The notes below the pieces were generated by a model. It searched no databases. It was not told the DNA's origin and was given only the letters and a program-made list of their open reading frames with translations. The position numbers were made by a program, and so were the translations under genes. Shown here piece after piece: positions 58,611-64,000 of a stretch of DNA of 64,000 bases (positions within the stretch are counted from its first letter, which is position 1; each line of letters starts with the position of its first letter). Source of the DNA: Janthinobacterium lividum (lineage in GTDB: Bacteria; Bacteroidota; Bacteroidia; Sphingobacteriales; Sphingobacteriaceae); assembly GCA_050955045.1 (NCBI GenBank), contig JBPBQV010000004.1, positions 13,496 to 77,495 on the forward strand, read 5' to 3'.

Positions 58611-58753
58611 GCTGTAATATTATAAAATAAGACTGATTTGAAAAGATGTATTTTCATTAGTTATTTAAGCAGGGTTTTTGCGGATGATCTTCGATTTAAA
58701 ACAATCAATCTTCCTGGTTTTTTGTTCTTTCCAACAATTAATATTTTATCAGT

Positions 58754-59290
58754 ATGAAAAATAAATCAGGACTATTTTTAAATGAATTAGGTACAGCAAT
58801 TGGCATTGGCTTAATGGCTGGAATTGTTGGAACGGCTGCTATCACCATTTCGCAAATGGTTGAAATGAACATTGATGGTCGTGAACCAAGTTCTGCACCT
58901 GCAGATGCCGCTTCTAAAATATTAGATATACAGCCAACAAGCGAAGAACAAAAGGCAAAAGTTTCACAGCAAATACACTGGGCGTATGGTACTTCCTGGG
59001 GAATTGCCCGCGGACTAATTTCGTTAACGGGTTTAAAAGGATGGAAAGCTACTTTAGTACATTTTGCTGCCATTTGGGGAACAGCAAATGTAATGCTGCC
59101 AGCATTAGATGTTGCGCCGCCAGCAACAGAAGAAGATGCCAAAACTATTTCGATTGATGGCCTGCACCACTCAGTTTACGCTGTGGTAGCGGGTTTGGCT
59201 TTTGATGCTATTGCGAAAAAAACAACCGCAACAGCATTAGATAAAGAATTAACATCTGCTAAAAAGTTTTTTAAGAATAAATTGGCCTAA
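58754..59290 (+). CDS. hypothetical membrane protein
   Basis: Several hydrophobic segments, followed by a strong terminator. I preferred it over the antisense ORF at 58738-59142. Confidence 0.5.
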   Translation: MKNKSGLFLNELGTAIGIGLMAGIVGTAAITISQMVEMNIDGREPSSAPADAASKILDIQPTSEEQKAKVSQQIHWAYGTSWGIARGLISLTGLKGWKATLVHFAAIWGTANVMLPALDVAPPATEEDAKTISIDGLHHSVYAVVAGLAFDAIAKKTTATALDKELTSAKKFFKNKLA

Positions 59291-59306
59291 GTAGATTTTG
59301 TTTAAT

Positions 59307-59345
59307 AAAAAGAGCTTCAGGAAGATATTTCCTGAAGCTCTTTTT
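59307..59345. terminator. bidirectional hairpin terminator
   Basis: agagcttcagg (59311-59321) pairs perfectly with cctgaagctct (59331-59341), flanked by an A-run and a T-run. Confidence 0.75.
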
Positions 59346-59367
59346 ATAAGTTAGTTTTTATGAATTT

Positions 59368-59607
59368 TTAGTTCGCGTGTTCCGAAATTTGTTTTCCTAG
59401 AGCCTGTATTTCTTCTGCATTCAAAATCAACGCTTCGTGCGCATGTGGCTCGTAAATCCAGATGTTATTTTCATTGCAAACCAGGCAACCAAAAAGCTGA
59501 TCCTCGTAAAAAAGATTGTAAGCAGTAAGCTTAGCTTTGTTGGCATCTTCAACACGAACTGTCATGTTGTGATCTTTTCGGGGAATATCTATATTAAATG
59601 TGCTCAT
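59368..59607 (-). CDS. hypothetical small protein (79 aa)
   Basis: ORF only. I recognised no motif. Confidence 0.4.
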   Translation of the reverse strand: MSTFNIDIPRKDHNMTVRVEDANKAKLTAYNLFYEDQLFGCLVCNENNIWIYEPHAHEALILNAEEIQALGKQISEHAN

Positions 59608-59680
59608 TTTTAATTGTTTAAATTTTTAATATACTGATTTTTTGCTGATAAAAACAGTATGCGATTAACTGATACTTCTT

Positions 59681-60865
59681 TTACGGCAATTTTATTTTAT
59701 AGATAGCATAAGGCGTTGTACGTTTGTTGATGCCTGCATTATGCTCTGGTGTTTTCTGGATTTGAGAGCAGCTTACATATAAATATCCGTCTTTAGAAAC
59801 CGAATAACTATCCGGCCAGATTAAGCGCGCATCTTTAACTAAAGTAGTCATTTTTAAATCCGGACTGATTTTTACGATCGATGAATTTTGCGGATCACCT
59901 AAATACAAGTTTCCTTTTTTGTCAAATTCCATTCCGTCGGTAACAATGTATTTCCCTAAATCTTCTACATAACCTTTCAGTTTTTGTCCGCTTAAAGTAT
60001 CGTTACGTAAATATTCTGTTTTAATGCGATACAATTTGGTATCTGTTAAAGGTTTGTAATACAACAAATCGCCATCCGGAGATAAAGCAATTCCGTCCGA
60101 ATCAAATTTAACTGGCTGTCCGTCTTGCTGCAATTCTTTTCCATCAATCAAAAATTTAAAATCTTTATCTGTATGAACAGAATAATGGTTTTGCAGTAAT
60201 TGACGTGCTTTTCCGGATTTTAAATCAACTACCACAATTCCGCCAGTTCCGGAATTGGTGATATAAGCAAACTGTCTTTTGGTATCTACACGAACATCGT
60301 TTAAATAACTGTGCTCATCGGCAACACCTTCAAAAGTATAAGTACGTTCTACTTTGTTTGTGCCGAGGTTAATTTTAACCAATTTGTGACTCTGCTGATA
60401 AACTTTATCCAACTTTGGTGCAGCGGGATCAATCACCCACATTACATCCTGATCATCAATATAAGGAGCCTGCACGCAAACCCATTTATTTTTGCCGCTT
60501 TCGCCTGGTTTCCAACTATTCATAGCTGCATCAGGATAAGGCTGAGTTTTATTTCCGAGCAAAACCTCTACCAAAGCATATTTATAAATAGAAGGTGTCC
60601 ACAGTGGATAATTGGTAAATAAACGATTTTTGGCAGAAATAGCTACGCCGGTTATCTGATAGATTGAATCAGCAAAAACCTGCTCCAGTTTTACAGAAGT
60701 ATTTCCATTAGGATTATCTTCCGGTTTGTGTTCGGTATTATTGCTGGTTGCAGCAGCAGGATTTTTGTTGGCATCACTTGCAGCTGATTGATCGCCAAGT
60801 TTATTGTTGTTACAGGAAGCAAAACCTGCCGCCAGCACAACCATATAGGTTAATATTTTTTTCAT
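59681..60865 (-). CDS. major royal jelly / yellow-family (MRJP) beta-propeller lipoprotein
   Basis: Lipobox FASC, and NDVRVD...AYITNSGTGGIVVVDLKSGKARQLL, which is typical of bacterial MRJP-family proteins. Confidence 0.65.
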   Translation of the reverse strand: MKKILTYMVVLAAGFASCNNNKLGDQSAASDANKNPAAATSNNTEHKPEDNPNGNTSVKLEQVFADSIYQITGVAISAKNRLFTNYPLWTPSIYKYALVEVLLGNKTQPYPDAAMNSWKPGESGKNKWVCVQAPYIDDQDVMWVIDPAAPKLDKVYQQSHKLVKINLGTNKVERTYTFEGVADEHSYLNDVRVDTKRQFAYITNSGTGGIVVVDLKSGKARQLLQNHYSVHTDKDFKFLIDGKELQQDGQPVKFDSDGIALSPDGDLLYYKPLTDTKLYRIKTEYLRNDTLSGQKLKGYVEDLGKYIVTDGMEFDKKGNLYLGDPQNSSIVKISPDLKMTTLVKDARLIWPDSYSVSKDGYLYVSCSQIQKTPEHNAGINKRTTPYAIYKIKLP

Positions 60866-61014
60866 GCTGAGTAAACCTACTTAATCTATAAAAAGTTTAA
60901 AATTTATTCGGCTTCTATGGAACTGTAACTTTTTTAACGATAAAATTTATTTGGGTAAGTTAATTGTACTTTGGATGACAGCATGTTTAAAGTAGTTTAT
61001 TTCTGAATTTATTT

Positions 61015-62190
61015 ATGTCAAAAACTATTAAGTTTATTACCAGTAATATCTTCACTACTGTTATTTGGTTTGCTTTAAGCTTTTTTGCTGTTATCAATCA
61101 GGCTTTCCGGCCTTCCAGCAATAATTATCAGGTTTATAAATATGCGTTCATCAACCTGATTCATCAAGCTAATTTATATACACCACAGCCAGAACACTTT
61201 TTAGATCTTAACCATTATGGGCCATTGTTTGCCTTACTGATAGCGCCTTTTACCTTTTTTCCGGATGGTTTAGGCAGTATCATCTGGACAATGACTAACG
61301 CTTTTGTACTCTACAAAGCCATACACATGCTTCCTTTAACTTTAAATCAGCGTTGTGCAGTTGTGTTAATTTGCGCTCATGAATGTATGACTTCTTCTTT
61401 CGGCACACAAATTAACCCAATGGTTGCAGCAGGTATCATTTTTAGTTTTGTTTTGATTAAAAACAAGCAGGATTTCTGGGCAGCGTTAGCAATTGTGGCT
61501 GGAATTTACATCAAAATATATGGTATTGTTGGACTTGCTTTTTTCTTTTTTTCTCAAAACAAGTTTAATCTGATAAAAGGCTTGGTATTTTGGGGCTTAC
61601 TATTATTTATACTGCCGATGCCTTTCTCCTCACCAGGATTTGTGATGCAGAGTTATCATGATTGGTATATAAGTTTATCAGAAAAAAATGCCAGTAATGC
61701 CTTTACAATTATGCAGGATACCAGTGTAATGGGGATGATTCGCAAAATATTTCAATATCCGCAATTACCAAATTTACTTGTTCTCATTCCGGCTATAGTG
61801 ATTTTTGCTACTTCTTATTTAAATATAAAAAGCTTCAACAAAACGACTTATCAGTTACTGGTACTTTCATCAACACTTATTTTTACTGTTATATTTAGTA
61901 CCAGTTCAGAATCGCCAACTTATATTATTGCTTTTGTTGGAGTAGGCATTTGGTTTATAAATTTGGACAGACCTGTTACCCGATTAGAAGTTGCTTTGCT
62001 TGTATTTGCACTAATAATCACCAGTTTTTCACCTTCTGATTTGTTTCCAAAATACATCAACAAAACCTATATTAAACCTTACGCCTTAAAAGCACTGCCT
62101 TGTTTTTTAATATGGCTAAAAATTGTTTACGAAACGGTGAGCCGAAATTTTTTAGCTACACCATCAGCAACAAAGCTTAATGATGTTTAA
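61015..62190 (+). CDS. polytopic membrane protein, DUF2029 / GT87-like glycosyltransferase
   Basis: About 10 TM segments with a GT-C-like layout. The family call is tentative. Confidence 0.5.
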   Translation: MSKTIKFITSNIFTTVIWFALSFFAVINQAFRPSSNNYQVYKYAFINLIHQANLYTPQPEHFLDLNHYGPLFALLIAPFTFFPDGLGSIIWTMTNAFVLYKAIHMLPLTLNQRCAVVLICAHECMTSSFGTQINPMVAAGIIFSFVLIKNKQDFWAALAIVAGIYIKIYGIVGLAFFFFSQNKFNLIKGLVFWGLLLFILPMPFSSPGFVMQSYHDWYISLSEKNASNAFTIMQDTSVMGMIRKIFQYPQLPNLLVLIPAIVIFATSYLNIKSFNKTTYQLLVLSSTLIFTVIFSTSSESPTYIIAFVGVGIWFINLDRPVTRLEVALLVFALIITSFSPSDLFPKYINKTYIKPYALKALPCFLIWLKIVYETVSRNFLATPSATKLNDV

Positions 62191-62803
62191 AAAACACAAG
62201 ATAGATTTGTTTGATAATATGATAAGCGGCAAAACTCCAGAACAAAATAGCAATACTTTTATTGATAATTTTACTGCTTAAAGCAAATTTACTTTTGATA
62301 TAATTGGCTGATTTGGCGTAAATATATAAACACAAAAACGCACCAAGCGCAGATCCAATACTAAAAATAATTAGTTCAAAACCAGAAGCTTCGATCCACT
62401 CATGTGTAATTAAATAGGTGCCGGTAATCAGCCAGAACGGAATTTGCATCGGGTTTAAAAAACCCAGAATAATGCCATATTTAATGCTGTCTTTATCAGA
62501 GTAATTTTTGCTTGGTTCTTCATTCCGATTACGCCAGGTTACAAAACCGAGTACGCTAAACAACACAACCATTACCCAATCAATAATGGTAGATAAATTC
62601 ATTTGTTGTGATAGCCAATTGGCCCCGTGCATAACCAACAACGTAAAAAAGAACTCTATAACCGAAAATGACGAAATAAAATAAACGGCTTGTCTTAAAC
62701 CACGATTGATGGTAATTTGTACCAGCGTTAAATTGATATTTCCGGGAGGAACATAACCAATAAAATTACAAACAACACCCAGAAAAAATGTCAGAAAAAT
62801 CAT
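62177..62803 (-). CDS. LysE-family translocator
   Basis: 208 aa, 6 TM segments, N-terminal GYVPPGNINL segment. Confidence 0.75.
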   Translation of the reverse strand: MIFLTFFLGVVCNFIGYVPPGNINLTLVQITINRGLRQAVYFISSFSVIEFFFTLLVMHGANWLSQQMNLSTIIDWVMVVLFSVLGFVTWRNRNEEPSKNYSDKDSIKYGIILGFLNPMQIPFWLITGTYLITHEWIEASGFELIIFSIGSALGAFLCLYIYAKSANYIKSKFALSSKIINKSIAILFWSFAAYHIIKQIYLVFFKHH

Positions 62804-62911
62804 GCAGCAAAAGTAATCAGGTTTTTTTAAACAGAAAGTTTACCAGAGTTTGGTTTTTACAAACATTTTGCAACTTTTAGTGCATAAAAGAAGCATGTTG
62901 CTAAAAAAAGA

Positions 62912-62938
62912 AAAACCGCTCTGTTATAGCGGTTTTTC
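62912..62938 (-). terminator. Rho-independent-type terminator downstream of yceI-like gene
   Basis: accgct (62916-62921) pairs with agcggt (62929-62934), flanked by A5 and T5 runs. Confidence 0.65.
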
Positions 62939-62961
62939 TTTTTTATAAGCTTGAAAAACAG

Positions 62962-63498
62962 TTAAGATTGTTTAGAAAACTGTGCGTTGATACTTAATTT
63001 AACTTCATCGCCTAATATTACATTGCCAGCTTCTGTAACACCATCGTAAACCAAACCGAATTCTTTACGGCTGATTTTACCTGTTACTTCAAATCCGGAT
63101 TTTAAATTACCCCAAGCGTCATTAGCCGTTCCTCCCAGTTCAACTCTTAAAGTTACTGGTTTGGTTATGCCTTTAATAGTTAAATTTCCATCCAGATTGA
63201 ATTCTTCTCCATCTACTTTGGTAAAAGAAGTTGATTTAAAAGTGATTTTCGGATAAGTTGCTGCATCAAAAAAATCAGCAGATTTTAAATGCACGTCGCG
63301 TTGTTCCTGGTTAGTGTCGATGCTATCTATATCCAATGAAAAATCAATTTCTGCATTTTCGAAACTGTCAGTCGGAGCTTCAAAAGTTCCTTCAAATTTT
63401 TTGAAAAAACCAGTTACAGTAGAAATCACCAAGTGCTTGATTTTAAAAGTAACTTCGGAGTGCATCGGATCTAAAACCCATTTTGTTGCTGTTGCCAT
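62962..63498 (-). CDS. YceI-family polyisoprenoid-binding protein
   Basis: WVLDPMHSEVTFKIKHLVISTVTGFFKKFEG is the canonical YceI N-terminus. Confidence 0.9.
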   Translation of the reverse strand: MATATKWVLDPMHSEVTFKIKHLVISTVTGFFKKFEGTFEAPTDSFENAEIDFSLDIDSIDTNQEQRDVHLKSADFFDAATYPKITFKSTSFTKVDGEEFNLDGNLTIKGITKPVTLRVELGGTANDAWGNLKSGFEVTGKISRKEFGLVYDGVTEAGNVILGDEVKLSINAQFSKQS

Positions 63499-63597
63499 AA
63501 TTGCTGTTTTTAAGGGATTAATGTTTGTATAACAAAGAAAATAAAAATTGTTGTTTAAACATCTTATTTTATGTTAAGAAATTAAAAAGATTAAAAA

Positions 63598-64000
63598 TCA
63601 ATGCACTACCTGCTTCAAACGGTCTTTTAAAAATTTTGCCGTGTACGATTTTTTCTCTTTCACCAGCTTTTCGGGCACACCTTCAAAAACCAGTTCTCCA
63701 CCTCTGTCGCCGCCTTCCAAACCAATATCAATCACCCAATCAGCACATTTAATCACGTCCATATTATGTTCAATTACTACAATCGTGTTGCCTTGATCCA
63801 GCAACGCATTAAAAGATTTTAACAGCTTTTTGATATCGTGGAAATGCAGTCCGGTTGTAGGTTCATCAAAAACAAACATCGTTTTGCTGGCGTTATTACC
63901 TTTAATCAGGAACGAAGCCAGCTTGATCCGTTGCGCTTCTCCGCCAGAAAGCGTATTGGATGATTGCCCTAATTGCACATATCCCAAACCAACTTCTACC
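63598..64000 (-). CDS. uvrA: excinuclease ABC subunit A, C-terminal part (partial; the 5' end lies beyond the window)
   Basis: [12 protein letters not shown] signature, Walker [12 protein letters not shown] and [19 protein letters not shown] motif. Confidence 0.9.
   Translation of the reverse strand, partial: VEVGLGYVQLGQSSNTLSGGEAQRIKLASFLIKGNNASKTMFVFDEPTTGLHFHDIKKLLKSFNALLDQGNTIVVIEHNMDVIKCADWVIDIGLEGGDRGGELVFEGVPEKLVKEKKSYTAKFLKDRLKQVVH

Noticed and set aside
58738-59142. 134-aa minus-strand ORF
   Set aside because: It lies antisense to the 178-aa + strand membrane protein. The + strand ORF has coherent hydrophobic segments and is followed by a strong terminator.
5979-62897. Possibility that the recurrent 14-nt motif marks a CRISPR array
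   Set aside because: Copies are scattered over the whole window at irregular distances from tens of nt to several kb. They flip orientation and sit between ordinary genes. There are no regularly spaced repeats and no cas genes.
1-64000. Search for tRNA, rRNA, integrase, transposase or prophage genes
   Set aside because: I recognised none on either strand. The mobility of the AT-rich islets therefore cannot be attributed to any gene in this window.

Overview
This 64 kb window looks like a Bacteroidota chromosome segment, probably Sphingobacteriia-like. The evidence is a SusC/SusD pair, A-rich leaders without Shine-Dalgarno sequences, and about 40 percent G+C by eye. The genus cannot be verified from the sequence alone. 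Most of the window is ordinary core or accessory metabolism:
- a YitT-family membrane protein and a dihaem cytochrome c
- an M23/SH3b peptidase
- two tandem Tat-signal TldD paralogues followed by a PmbA-like gene
- a PspC / LiaF-like envelope-stress pair
- MlaE/MlaF-like ABC transporter components
- aspartate kinase
- topoisomerase IV genes parC and parE
- a large arabinan/arabinose utilisation locus: SusC, SusD, DUF3823, two GH43, kduI-kduD, two GH51, a DUF4965 protein, a Nudix-type AraR, araB-araD-GH27-araA
- a fatty-acid desaturase, YceI and the 3' part of uvrA

I saw no rRNA, tRNA, CRISPR array, integrase or transposase.

Four short islets are visibly more AT-rich than their surroundings and carry no mobility gene.
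1. A KAP-family P-loop NTPase (1626-3155). It is bracketed by imperfect direct repeats of about 80 nt that duplicate the 3' end of the neighbouring peptidase gene. This is the best candidate for a cassette-like, stand-alone defence gene.
2. A two-gene islet between parC and parE. Its larger protein carries an R-x4-H (HEPN-like) motif.
3. A membrane-anchored PD-(D/E)xK-like protein just after araA.
4. A glycosyltransferase-like gene wedged behind the MlaF-like ABC ATPase gene.

The window is also peppered with a conserved 13-14 nt motif, GATAAAAGAAGCAT, and a sister form, ATAAAAACAGTAT. Copies occur in both orientations and are often paired as terminator-like hairpins. There is also a second palindromic repeat family (GTCATTTCGA...GAGAAATCT), and two tandem small lipoprotein genes fall below the size cutoff of the ORF track.

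All functional calls come from motif recognition by eye. No database search was run.
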